A DNA stretch of 64,000 nt from Marsupella aquatica (Eukaryota > Plantae > Marchantiophyta): contig OZ316896.1 in the NCBI GenBank assembly GCA_973895155.1, forward strand, positions 11,670,830-11,734,829. The letters are read 5' to 3'. This document shows positions 51,481-63,788 of the stretch, in pieces. The translations under genes were made by a program, and so were the position numbers. Position 1 is the first letter of the stretch; each line of letters begins with the position of its first letter. A model generated the notes under the pieces. The model was not told where the DNA came from and searched no databases. It worked only from the letters and a program-made list of their open reading frames with translations.

Positions 51481-51939
51481 CGGAAGGCTATTTATTCATC
51501 CTTCAAGTCAGGCATTTTTGCAGAGGGGATTATAAGCCACACGACGGAAGAAGAAGAAATGTTTTAGGCAAGGCCGGACGGAATCTTGGAGAATATACTA
51601 CATCCCTAGAGTTTGCATGTACCTTCTTGGCGGCTGCTGGCAAATATGTACCTTGTACATGTGCAGAATCTGTACCTTCTTGGCGGCCGCTAGCAAATAG
51701 GTACCTTCTGGTACAGTTGTTATATGTATGCTCCGGATTCTACGATCGTTATATGGTACGCACGTTGTCCGAAACGGTATTCTTGGCGTAAAGTATGGGT
51801 ACTTTAACGTCTGATGTACCGCCCAAGTTCTAAGCCTGAAAGTGTGGTATTGTTGGCATAAAGTGGTACCAAGACTTTAACGTTTGATGTATAAAGCCGA
51901 AGGCCTGGGGACTAACATTCCCAGTGTGGATTTGGGACA

Positions 51940-54900
51940 CATGGCTTCTCTTGTGATAATCCGATCAGTAACCGGGGATGTTGTTGTTTTTCGTCAGATT
52001 GAGGGAGACAGTGTTCGAGTCACTAAGGAGCATGAAGTAGCAAGCCGATTTGGTTTGAAGGTAGGGGATTTCATGATTTACGAGGAGAGAGAAGATGGGT
52101 TGTCCACTTCTGCTGGATCCAAAGGCGATGGAGATGAGCGAGAGTGGTATCTGAAATGTGGCATGTCCTATACTATCTGCAAAAAGAAAGCAAGTTCATG
52201 CAATGTTAGTGAGGGTCTTGGAGATTTTGCGCACTCCCCACAGATTGATGAACCGGGTGAATTATGGAACAATACACCGCGTCAAAAATCGTCCCAATTT
52301 GGGAGGACATTCACCGAGTTGGTAGACCCCACTCAAATTCATCGCCAGTGTGGCAGGATGTTGGAGAGGCAGATGAGCCAGTGAAGGAGACACCTCGACC
52401 CAACACAATCAATCTTAGAGGGGGTCTTTGACATGGTGAACCTTCTCGATTGAGTACACCTCAATCAAATTCATTACATATGTGGGAAGATGTTGGAGAT
52501 GTGGATACACCAATGAAGGAGAAACCTCGATCAAGTGCATTCAATCTCAGAGGGGGTCTTCGAGATGGTGAACCTCCTCGGACAAGTACACCTGGGTCCA
52601 ATTCATTCCAAATGTGGGAGGATCTTGGAGATGGTGATACACCAGTGAAAGAGAAATCTCGATCAAGTGCATTCAATCTCAGAGGGGGTCTTCAAGATGG
52701 TGAACCTTCTCAGACAAATACACCCGAGTCTACATCATCCCAATTTTGGGAGGATCGAGGAGCTGCTTATACTCCACCAAAGGAGACACCTCGATCAAAG
52801 GCATTCCTTCTTAGAGAGGGTCTTCGAGAAGGCAATTCAGTATGGAAGGATGAGTTCCTTGTCAGTTTTGTTCATGCCATGCTACACGGGAAAGGGACCT
52901 CTCGATGTGTACAAGCTGCTCGTAAGATTTTGAGCACAAAATTGCCGGAAAGAGTTCAACGATTACCAGAAGTGTATGATGGAGACCATGTTTTTGAGTT
53001 GCCACCTTTTACAGGTCCATACTCGAAGGGGTGTTTCTTTTTGGGCATGGAGCGAAAGAATGATTGTTACATGTGGAGCAGGTTGATTGAGACAGGAGAA
53101 AATATTGGCCCAAAGCTAAACAACAGTCACTCTTACAAGATCCAAACTGTGAAGTGTTTGGGTTCTCTGCGTTGTATGCATAGGGATTGTGAGAATTTTG
53201 AAGAGCGCAAAGAGCACAATTCTGCAAAGTGGACCCGAGATCGAGCAGGCACAAATGAGCTGCCTTTCCCTGTTGGATGCGACGTTCCCCCATCAAGTGT
53301 AATTTGTAGCTTCTGCAGGAGGCCTCCTGGGTGTATAGCTGGATGCCCAAGTGAGATGTACTACATCACTCCAACCAAGGACGACCTTAATTACTGTCAC
53401 AAGTCTCGTGTTGCCATGCATGTTGGAAATCACACCCATCCCGCAATGTTCACGCACAACAAAGATCAACGATCACTTGTGCGTAATCTCATGGAGGAGG
53501 AACTGAAGAGGAGTCCTACTGCACGGCCATCTGTGATCAAGGTTGAAGCAATACAGAAACTTAAAGATATTTTTGAGGACCCAGTGGCTGAGATGGTCAC
53601 CACTGAGGAGGCAAACGACCTTGATGAAATGTTGGCCATTATGGGTGACAAATCTGTTTTCCGCTCGATGATCAAGAGCATCAAGAGATACTCTCATGTG
53701 TCGTCTGATGTAAGCATGATACTAGAGATGCGAAAGCAGACTGCATTTCCTTTTATCCAAAGTGTTTTGTTCCCAGCCCAGAACGTGGGAACAAATGAGT
53801 TGCCGCATATTTTTAAAATGAGTACAGAAGGTCCCGGGTCAGGAGTGGACCTTGTTCGAAGAATGCAGCCAGGAGGGGATCTTGAGCATTCTTGGGTGAT
53901 GTCTGATGTCATGCACCGCATACTTGACAATAGATGGTGCACTATGTCTGCACACGTATATGACCATTTCTATCAAGGCTTATGCACAATCTTTGTCTGT
54001 GAGCTAGTTTCAGAAGATAGCAAGTCATTGCAAACTGCATGGAAGGTCATGAGGAGGGTATGTGAAGAACATGGGCTGAAGAATGTGCAGTTCTGTGGAT
54101 TTATGGCTGATAATGCTGCTGCTGGGTGGAATGCGATCCGCAATGAATTTTGGGATGGAAAGGTAAATTCCCATAGAGAGAGGTTTGATGCATTTCACTG
54201 GGCCCAATCAATACAGAGAATGCAGAAGCACATTGTCCCAAGTAAGAGATTCGAGCATAAAGAATTGTTGGATTCACTTCGACACATCAGTAATATAGTT
54301 CTTGCCTATCGAGTTTTTGAGAAGCTGAAAACGTGGTGGAATGAGGGCAATGCGCTACCAGGAAAAGCAAAGGAGCTCACCACGTGGATGTCTTGGTGGA
54401 TTGTTCGGTTTTCTCAGTGGGGAAACTTTTTGAGACTCGTAAGTGTCTTAACACTTTCCCTCTCTATGCATGATATCCGTCAACACGTCGGATCTCGGCA
54501 AAGCTCTCCGAGATACGCTCTGATACACCTATTTTGTCTGTTGCCTAGAACATAAAAAATGACCAAAATTGATATGTTTTCTGGAACAATATTGCAAGAG
54601 ATGGACAGAGAAAAGGCAACACTCATGCCTAACTACAACGGGGCAGAGTCGGTACATGCATCTATGCGTAAATCCTCATCTAGTACAAAGGTTGGGTTAG
54701 TACAATCTTGTACCCTGGATGCATCTCGCGCGTTGAGCCAGAATGGAGCTTTGAAGAACTACAAACTCAGTGGGAGGAAAGGACGGGGACCAAGCTTGTT
54801 TGAACTTTGACTTCGAGATGCTATTGTCATTGGGAATGTAGAATCTTTCTTTCCAAAATTGAACACCGCTGTAACTCAACCACACTTGCGTGAGTTCTCA

Positions 54901-56069
54901 TCCGTGGACCCACTTAGCGGAGATGTAGAAACGGTTCCAATGAAACGTGGGAAGGCCGCTACTGGCCATCATGTTGTAGTAGAAGATTCCCACTGGCCTG
55001 ACATTGTTTTGGTAACCAGACCAAAGAAGAGGAAGTTCAGGGGGATTGCAAATAGGGATGCAAACTTGAAAAGCCAGGATGCTGAAGTTGTGGATCTGTT
55101 GTCCGATGGCTCTCGTGGCTTGGGCAAACCAGATGTTGTCATTGTGGAACCCCGAAAGACGAGGTCAACCCCACATCTGGAGCCTGTGAGAAGACGTGTT
55201 CAGGAAAGTGATTTGGTTCCAGGCATGTTCTTTTTGGCTCGCATCTCAATGATTGGTAAGAGTCCCGGTTGTCGAGGTGCATTCAAAGGCAAGGAACGGG
55301 GAGTATGTGCTCAATTTATCAGAGAGGCACGACTAAAAGTAAGCGGATTAGGTGTTGTCAGTATCTGTTGGCTGGCTGGGAGTAAATTTAACGAACCAGG
55401 TGTTCCATATCCGTATTAGTTTTGCCCAAACAACCAGTGTTGCACAAAATCATCTTTGCCATTTATTACCGGTGTTTTACCACCACTGCCTTCAAAGTTT
55501 CCTGTCTCTCGTGGAACTAATCTTACAACAGAAGAGGTCCTGTTCTTGCACAACAATGGAGTGGACGTCATTTTTGGTGAAGATGTTATGAATGAATTGG
55601 TGAGTGCTGGCGACATCATAATGGATTTGAACACATACCCAGAGCGGATAGATCCTACAATGCCTGATGAGCGTGGTACTCAACGCAATGTCCAGGCAAG
55701 GCGAAGGAGGTCAGACATCTCCAAGTACGCTGCCACACGTATCCGTAATGCTAAGACCGAGGCAATTGTGTGCACATCAATGAGGAGAATCGAAATAGGG
55801 AATGCTATAGGCGTGAGGCTCATGGTGAACAACACTTGCAAGGCCGAACTTCAATACATTGCGTACAAATTTGTGTCTTCCCAAGTTGCTCCTACAAGGA
55901 TTTCATGTACATGGAGTCTATGGGAAGAGCCTACTTCCCGTGCAAGCACTTGTACTGGTGCTTTGCAAACATCTTGAAAAGGAATATCGACACGGATCAA
56001 TGTGTTAACCAACCAATCTTGACTCTAACTGAGGTCAGCAACCTTGTATCAAATGCGGGTATTGTCTGA
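51940..56069 (+). pseudogene. MULE (MURA-like) transposase with Cys/His DNA-binding region, DDE core and SWIM finger; several lesions
   Basis: 701-aa ORF 52450-54555: KCLGSLRC...CSFC...HTH, WVMSDVMHR, GFMADNAAAGWNAI, DAFHWAQ. YNGAESVH in the next exon. SWIM-like CSYKDF...FPCKHLYW at 55770-56069. ~42-aa tandem repeats at the N-terminus. Confidence 0.88.
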
Positions 56070-56953
56070 TCTCGGCGACCTCCGCCGACATTGTATTTCG
56101 GAGACCATCGCCGATATTGTATCTCGGAGACCCTTGCCGACATTTACCAAATAGCCGAATAGGGTTTCCTTCCTCATTGTATCCTTCCTCATTGTATCTT
56201 GAAGACCCTCGCCAACATTGTATTTCGGAGACCCTCGCCGACATTTACCAAATAGCCGAATAGGGTTACCTGTTTTGGGACTAGGGTTTAGGGTTTAGGA
56301 AAAAAGACGCGGTTTTATGTGACCAATATTATGTATCAACGGTTCCTATGAATGGATGAATGTGTTAACCAACCAATCTTGACTCTGAGGTCGGCAACCT
56401 TGTATCAAATGCCGGTATTGTCTGATCTCGGCGACCTCCACCAACATGAACAGGTTTCCTTCCTCATTGTATCTCGGAGACCCTCACCGATATTGTATTA
56501 CTGAGACCCTCGCTGACAGGGTACTTCGGAGACCCTCACCGAGATTTACCAAACAGCTGAATAGGGTCACCTGTGTTGGGCCTAGGGTTTAGGGTTTAGG
56601 AAAAATGACCAACCAATCTTGACTTTGAGGTCGACAAACTTGTATCAAATGCCGTTATTGTCTGATCTGGGTGACCTCCGCCGACATGAACAGGTTTCCT
56701 TCCTCATTGTATCTTGGAGACCCTCGATGACATTGTATTTCAGAGACCCTCGCCGACATTTACTAAACAGCCAATTAGGGTCACCTGTTTTGGGCCTAGA
56801 GTTTAGGGTTTAGGGTTTAGGATAAATGACCATTTTATGTGACCAATATTAGGGTTTAGGATATCCGTTGTCCTTGTCCATTTAGTGTTTAGGGTTTGCT
56901 ATGGATAGGGTCACATTAGGAGGGTAGACCATCGGCCCGCTCTCAGATTAGGC

Positions 56954-57589
56954 ATGTTTTTTTATTACAAACTTACTATGGATCGCGGCGCAGGTAAACG
57001 TGAGCTTTTGATTGATAGGACGCAACAAAAGCTTAGATTGGAATTGCGGACACTTCTGGCTAGTAAGGAACAAGACCATGCTCGCATTTGGAATCCTTGT
57101 TATCCCCTACGATGTCACCCTCCAGTGAGTAACTTGATTCCAGGGTTGCCTGATGAGGTTGTGGAGTTGCACATCTGGCCCCGGATTTGGTCAATGCTCG
57201 AAGGTGTTGCAGTTTTGGATCCAGTTCGGGATGGTCATCATCCAGTGAAGACTCTCTTCCTGACGGTGCGATCAGTTGCTCATATCAACAGGAAATGGAG
57301 ACATTTGATAATAAACTCCATACTATGGGCTGCAATGACTACAGCTATAGCATTTTGTCGCGTAAGATGGCCTATAGTGACCCCTTTGTTCTTTCAAGAT
57401 TCAGTGAGAGCGTTCCCACCGATCGATGTTTGGAGTCGGTTGTCTGATAGTATCTTAAATGGAAGGATCGATTCTTGGTTGTTATGTGCTTCAAAGGAAG
57501 TGGACTGCTACCTCCCCGTATATGGTCTTGAGCAAGCGCGAGTAGAGTCTTGGAAAAGGACTCGTGTTGATAACTGGTACATTGAATAG
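56954..57589 (+). CDS. Small F-box-like protein (MULE cargo)
   Basis: LIPGLPDEVVELHIWPRI...VAHINRKWRHLI. Confidence 0.7.
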   Translation: MFFYYKLTMDRGAGKRELLIDRTQQKLRLELRTLLASKEQDHARIWNPCYPLRCHPPVSNLIPGLPDEVVELHIWPRIWSMLEGVAVLDPVRDGHHPVKTLFLTVRSVAHINRKWRHLIINSILWAAMTTAIAFCRVRWPIVTPLFFQDSVRAFPPIDVWSRLSDSILNGRIDSWLLCASKEVDCYLPVYGLEQARVESWKRTRVDNWYIE

Positions 57590-58228
57590 GTTCAAGAAAA
57601 ACTTGATAATGGTGTTCCTGTTAATCGTGACAATTTTTAGCGGCATCGACTGAGCACCAATGTGAAAGTTGTTTGCCCACATTGAATGCCATGTCAAATA
57701 TCAGCCTGCATTAGTGTAATAGACCAATTTTGTGTAATAGACCAATTAGAACAATTTTGTACAAAAAAATTTGAATAGTAAAAGTTTGGACATTTTTTGA
57801 GCGGAATCTCAGTGCGGTGTTCTCGTTATGTTAGTGACCTCTTCAACATACATAGCAGTACACAATTGTCCTTCTCATGTTGGCGAGAGTCTCTGAGATG
57901 TGTCTTGGAGAGGTCGTTTACCATCACTTTTGTCCTCGTGAAGTCAACCAGAATCTCTGAGATAAGTCTACTATATTGTGTTGACAAATTGGCGGGCACA
58001 ATCCGCAAAATCTCAAAGACCCTCTCTAAGATGGATAACATATAGGAGACCCCGTAATATATCGAACAGTCCCATAATATTTAGACAATGTTTTTTTAGT
58101 TAATCTGCTCCTAGCAATAAAACCATAAGTTTTGGGCAAAATGTGTGAGGTCAATCATCCATATCACTATTCACTCTTTGGTTGCCTTATCATGGAGGTC
58201 TCCACTTGACACTATTCTCTTGTTCAAC

Positions 58229-58957
58229 ATGGAAGGATCCAATGGGCAGAGGTGTTATCATGAGAAGTGCGCTGCACGGCTTGAGAAGTTTAGGACAACC
58301 ATTACTGAGCTGAAATTGATAGCTCTTTCCGATAAGTTGTCAATATGGAGTTCTCCCAGGAGTTTTGGGGGCGAGCCTATGCATTATCCATTGCGCAGTC
58401 AGGAAGCCCGAAAACAGAGTCTCATCCCCGGCCTCTCGGATGATCTGACGGAGGGACACATTTGGCCTCTACTTCGAAACTGATTTGAATGTGCAAATGC
58501 TCATGGCAGAGATGATAATGCTACATTCAACGCAATCAACAACATGCGTGTATTGTCAAGAGTTAGTAGGAAATGGAGATTCCTAATGACTCACTCGAAG
58601 GGATGGGCAGCCATAAAAGTGCTGCTGGACATTGTTGAAAACATATCTGAAAATTGACATTGGACTCGACACTCAACCGCGTCCATGTTTTGAGTCCTCT
58701 TGCGTCAAATTCCTCCTATTGATGCCCTCGCGATGATGTCACCTATATCATTGAAGTCTTGGGTGGCATATTATGTTTGGAGGACAGAGAGATATGAGAG
58801 GGATCTGTATGACAGTTTCTTTGACGAGGATGAGCTTGGAAGGGTCAAGCTATGGGTGGAGAACAGGCTACACACATTGTTGTGGTCTGACGATGTAGCG
58901 AGTTGGGAGAGCAACAATCCCGATAGTGGGTACGGGCTTCATAGTGATGACATTTGA
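58229..58957 (+). pseudogene. Second F-box-like paralogue with premature stops
   Basis: LIPGLSDDLTEGHIWPLLRN*, then LSRVSRKWRFL and QIPPIDAL, matching AFPPIDVW of the first copy. Confidence 0.65.
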
Positions 58958-59831
58958 TCATTAGGGTTTAGGTCGGCCACCATTGTTGGTTTAGGTTTAG
59001 TTTAGAAGAATTTATCCTCACCTCTGGTAGTTTTGGTTCAGATTTCGTAACATGGACAAATTTTGTACGAGTTTGTGATTAATAAATTACTTGACATTTG
59101 CACGACAAACATGTTTGGCACGATGTTTTTTCAATGTCGGCTACCTTGCCGACATGCAGAACTCAGCTTGGGTCTCTGAGATGAATCTTGGTCAGATCTC
59201 GACGGCCTTCTCCGAGATATACTGGTGTACGTCAAATCGTTGGATGTACGTCTGATCGCCAATGTCGACCACCTCACCGACATGCAAAACTTGGCGGGGG
59301 TCTCTGAGATGATTCTCGGCCAGATCTCGATGGCCTTCTCCAAGATATGCTGGCGTACGTCAGATTGCTGGACGTATGTCAGATCGCCAATGACATGCAA
59401 CACTCGGCGAGGGTCTCTGACACATTTTGCGATTTTGAGCACGCAACTTAGTTTTGAGCACGCAACTTTGTGAAGTTGGCGACCCTCGCCGAGATCTTTT
59501 CCCAACACGAAACAGCCAAGCGTAGCATCTAACCCACCAAGGAGAGACAATGTATGAAGTTTCCAAAACAATTATAGTAAAGATCAAGTCAGCGGTCTCG
59601 CTGACATTCTAATTTGGTCGCATTAATGTGTACGGAAAGGACATATTGGGTCCGCTTGAATGATTTTATGATGTTGGCGAGTACGCCGACATATCCTTGC
59701 CAATGTCAGAGACCTCACCCACATCCCCTCACTATGGACCCTTCACTGATATCAGTCACTGATATCAGTGACTGATATCAGTGACTGATATCAATTATCA
59801 GTCATTGATAACTGATGATGTTACCTATCTC

Positions 59832-61400
59832 CACCAATCCCATCCACCGTGGGTTTATAGTTAGTCTTGGGTTGGTGTCACACAGCTACAATACGCAGTA
59901 AAACCTTTGGCACCTCAACATCATCAATGCGGCTCCCAACATTTTTTAACATTCGCACATAAGGGTTGTGCGTATGGAGCATTTCTTGCAAAGAAGCAAG
60001 CACCTCCTCATCCAACTGAGCATGCGATTCATCCTGCAACCCAATATAAAATCCAATGAGACTCAATTTATTGCAACAAAAAATGTGTCATAAGAGGAAG
60101 AAGCTTCTAGTTGTGCAAAATACCTGTTGCCCACCTCATTCCCTGTGTCATGAATATAGAGTTGAGCAAACTAAGGACCTCTTTGTCAGGCGACAAGATG
60201 ATATAAAGCTCCTTGGATGCGAAACGAATATGGGCCATGATTGACCCCTATTGTCAATCCTAACACCTATGGATGTAAATGCCAAGGCATTATTGTACCC
60301 TCTAATATTCTTCCAAAAGGTTGTAACTGCAACATTACTTCCAATCAACAAACTCCGCAAAGGCTCCAAAGGAGCACCAATTGGAGGCAAATCCACTTTC
60401 CCATTGGCACAACACATTGTGAAGCATGGATGACGTTGCATTCTGGAAGAGCTTTGCAACATGGACACTCAATGTCTATCCATCCCAAATGGTGTCGGCC
60501 CATGGCAGGATCCAAAGGTTGTTGTGCCTTTGGCAAACATTGGATCTCTTCCAATCTTTGATGTTTTCAAAAAATATATTTTGCACTAGGTTGAGCCAGG
60601 GTAACCGGTGCAAGGTCACTCCCTCCACATTCTTGTTGGAGGGTGTGCTCAATCTCTTCTTCCCCCTCTTCATCTGACAAATGTAAGGTGCCCTCAACAA
60701 ACGTGTCAAAGTGACCACCACCATCATCAAGAATAGGGCCCACTTCCCCATGCAAGGCACCATCAATGAGGTAATCCTTGTCAAAGATGTCAGGGTCAAC
60801 TTATACACTATTTGGTATTGATTCATAGGGCGGAATGACACACATGGAGTCAACTCCATCCTATAAAGCACATGAATGAGCCAATCCTCATCAAAGACAT
60901 TGGGATCTCTCGGCTCAGTGTTGGGTATGGGCTCACATGGAGGGGTAGGCATACATTGCTCCAAATAGTGGTCAGTCTCACATGCATCCAAGGCACTTGG
61001 GGCATCCTCTCGACTGGCCCTCATGGCCATGGATCTGGCCATGCAATGCCTAGTCCATCCCTCTTGCTTCACAAAGTAATTGTCTCACACTACTTGCACG
61101 GCCAGACACTGCAATAGGTCCCAAAGTTGTCTCCTCAATGGGGGGCCAATGATGTTGTTGATGCCCCTCATACAGACCTTGCTTCCTATTGCAGTTGTCT
61201 CCCACTAATGGCCCTCGGTTCTTCTACCGCAATTGGCACACATGATGGTGTGGGAACTACTATTGGAACCAAGGGCCCCACACTGGGCGAGATGCTTTGT
61301 TCAGGTTTGGCATGGACCTGGGGCACACCATTCTCCACTTGCAACCGTTGTTAGGCATATTTCTGGCGATGCCTTGCATTTATTGCATCCTTGTTCTGAG
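59832..61400 (-). pseudogene. Helitron RepHel, N-terminal portion
   Basis: CCANGKVDLPP, IRGYNNALAFTSIG, LQEMLHTHNPYV. Rejoins the 37256 piece in frame as PTVDGIGVIMVGEE once the MULE is removed. 5' boundary approximate. Confidence 0.88.
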
Positions 61401-62000
61401 CATATTGCTCACGATTTGTCTCTAATCTCTCCCTCGGAGTTCTCATGTTGCCCAAAAAAATTCAACCCCTTTAATCATCTACATCCAACCCACAAAATGG
61501 ATGATTATTTTTTAAAACCCAAAATCATTCAAACTTGACACACCCCTAAGTATATTGAACGCAGGCTGGGCCACACCATTGGAAGAGACTTGAGATTTTC
61601 ATGGGGACCCCGAATATCCGTTGAGGATACTGCTTATTGGGACCCCTCATCTCACCCTCCCAACCTTGAAGGCAATCCAAAATGTCTCTTGCCCCTATGG
61701 TATCCTCTTAGCTTGCACCGGCTCATGCAACCATACTAAAGATCTGCCAGGCATGTGATAAATCTACAAACCCCTTGTCATCTGAACAAAGAGGGTATGC
61801 CACACAAATATCCCAAGCTCTCATTGGTCCCACTCCAATCATCCATGTTCCATTAGGCTACCAAAATCCATTGGGGTGACCCGAGAATTTTAGAGAGGCT
61901 TCCAAAATCCATTGGGGTCACCCAAGAATTTTAGAGAGACTCCCAAAATCCATTGGGGCCACCTGAGAATTTTAGAGAGGCTCCCAAAATCCTGTCCCAC

Positions 62001-63788
62001 CACTACTACATATCGGCCCCTTTTGCGAAGGTGTTTTTTGAAGTCGAAAAGGCCTTGCGATGTTAGAACCTTCAGATATTTTGTGATGCAACACGCATCA
62101 CAATATCCCATGCTCTTACCATCGCACATTCACGTTGTGAAGCTACATACATCGCAATTAAGTTTTGATGTTATTGACTTCGCAACACGTTTAGATACTA
62201 GTTGTCTCGCAACGACTTTGTGAGTCCGCGACCATCGCGACCGTATTTGGATACATTTTGGTTCATAATTTAGTGAGACTAATACTATCACAAATGGTTT
62301 GTGAACCTATTATGTTCGGAAAGTGTTGTGAAGAACGGTGGGTTGCAAAGTACCGAAGCCAATTTGGTCGCAAGTTTGAGAACGTATTTGTATCACAAGT
62401 ACCGATGGAATTGGATTCACAAGAGGTTCAGAAATTCCTTCCTGTCTGGTTCAAAAAATGTTTCACAAAGAGAGTTGTTTGCAAAGTTTTCAGAATGGAA
62501 ATTTTTGAGAGAAAACTTTAGAAGATGGAGAATGCATGTGTTTAGGTTATAAGCTAGGGATTTAAAAAAGGTGGCATGCATGAGGAGAACTTTTCTAGTG
62601 GCTAGGGTTGCATGTATAGCAGTAAAATGAAATTTCAAAGTCCAAGTGTTTGTAAGACAAAAGAAGAAAATAAATAGGTAAATATAAATAAAACCATGAT
62701 AGTTAATATAATCACAATTATACGCTCACAACAAGTTTTACTACTAGTGATGCATCAAACTTGGTCCTCATCCTCTCCTCCGTTTGACACAATAATAACT
62801 TCAGGTTTTTCTGAGATAATGGAACGAGATCGTGGCACATACGGTATAACAACTGACCACTCCTCTGGGTCTGGTGGGTAGGGAATATAGAAACACTGCT
62901 CAAGGTGACTTGGGAATGTAAACGGTTCAGATGTTTGCCAATGAGATGGTTGAAAGCTAGTTGCTGATGTCTTCAGTCGAGTAAACCCACAATCATCAAG
63001 AAGTACTGTGCGATTCTCACCAACCAAGTGAATTTTGAACCACTTACACTTGAAGACATACTCTTCAAATTTTGTATCCGCATCATAGGATACAATCAAG
63101 ATCTCCTCTATCTTCCCATAGTGAGGCACCACATCTCGGATGACATTGGTGTCATGGCGGCTACTTTGTGAATCCTGCATGAACTGCCCTTGAACTCCAC
63201 AGTCAAAAGTTCTACCCCTCTTCTCATCAAGGTCAGAAATCCTGAAATGTCTCCCTTGTGTCCATATTGCTGTTATGGTCTGAACAAGTCTCAAAGGGCC
63301 ATGAACAATTGTTCGAACCTCAAGAGTCATATCTGGAAAATGTGATACACTCTCACCTTGGGCCACCATAGCATCCAACTGAAGTACTTTCTCCCTCATA
63401 TACTCAAGGAACTTTGGAAAATTCCTTGGACGACGACTCTCCCTCTTTGCATCCTCATAAAACTCTCTCCATTCTTCCATCACAGTACTATTACTCAACA
63501 TGAAAGTAGTCATATGTGTCAACTCCACTCCGGTCAGTAAGCGTGTTTTTTTGGCTCCTGTTAAACGATCCTCCTCCATTTCTCTCTCTTCCATCCAACT
63601 GCGTGGACAACTAGGATCAATGGTAGCTAAGATGTTGCTGCAATAGAACATACTCTCAGCTGCCAAGTATCCTGTTGCCATGCTCCCCTCCACTCGTGCA
63701 CGATTCCGTACATAAGCCTTTAACACAGCCATATACCTTTTCAACCAATACATCCAACAACAATGCACTGGACCAGCAATGGCAACCT
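62001..63788 (-). mobile_element. CACTA/EnSpm element end with the transposase C-terminal region (ORF 62755-63768)
   Basis: Terminus CACTACTACA at 62001, subterminal TCGCAA-like repeats; GPVHCCWMYWLKRYMAVLKAYVRNRARVEGSMA and YGKIEEIL...FKCKWF. Confidence 0.9.

Larger units (their letters stand above)
37266..59831. mobile_element. Giant (22.6 kb) Mutator-like element with short degenerate TIRs and cargo genes
   Basis: Perfect 9-bp TSD CACCAATCC (37257-37265, 59832-59840). Termini GAGGTA...TATCTC. Subterminal inverted match TCATCAGTTATCAATGACT. Internal MULE transposase. Confidence 0.93.
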
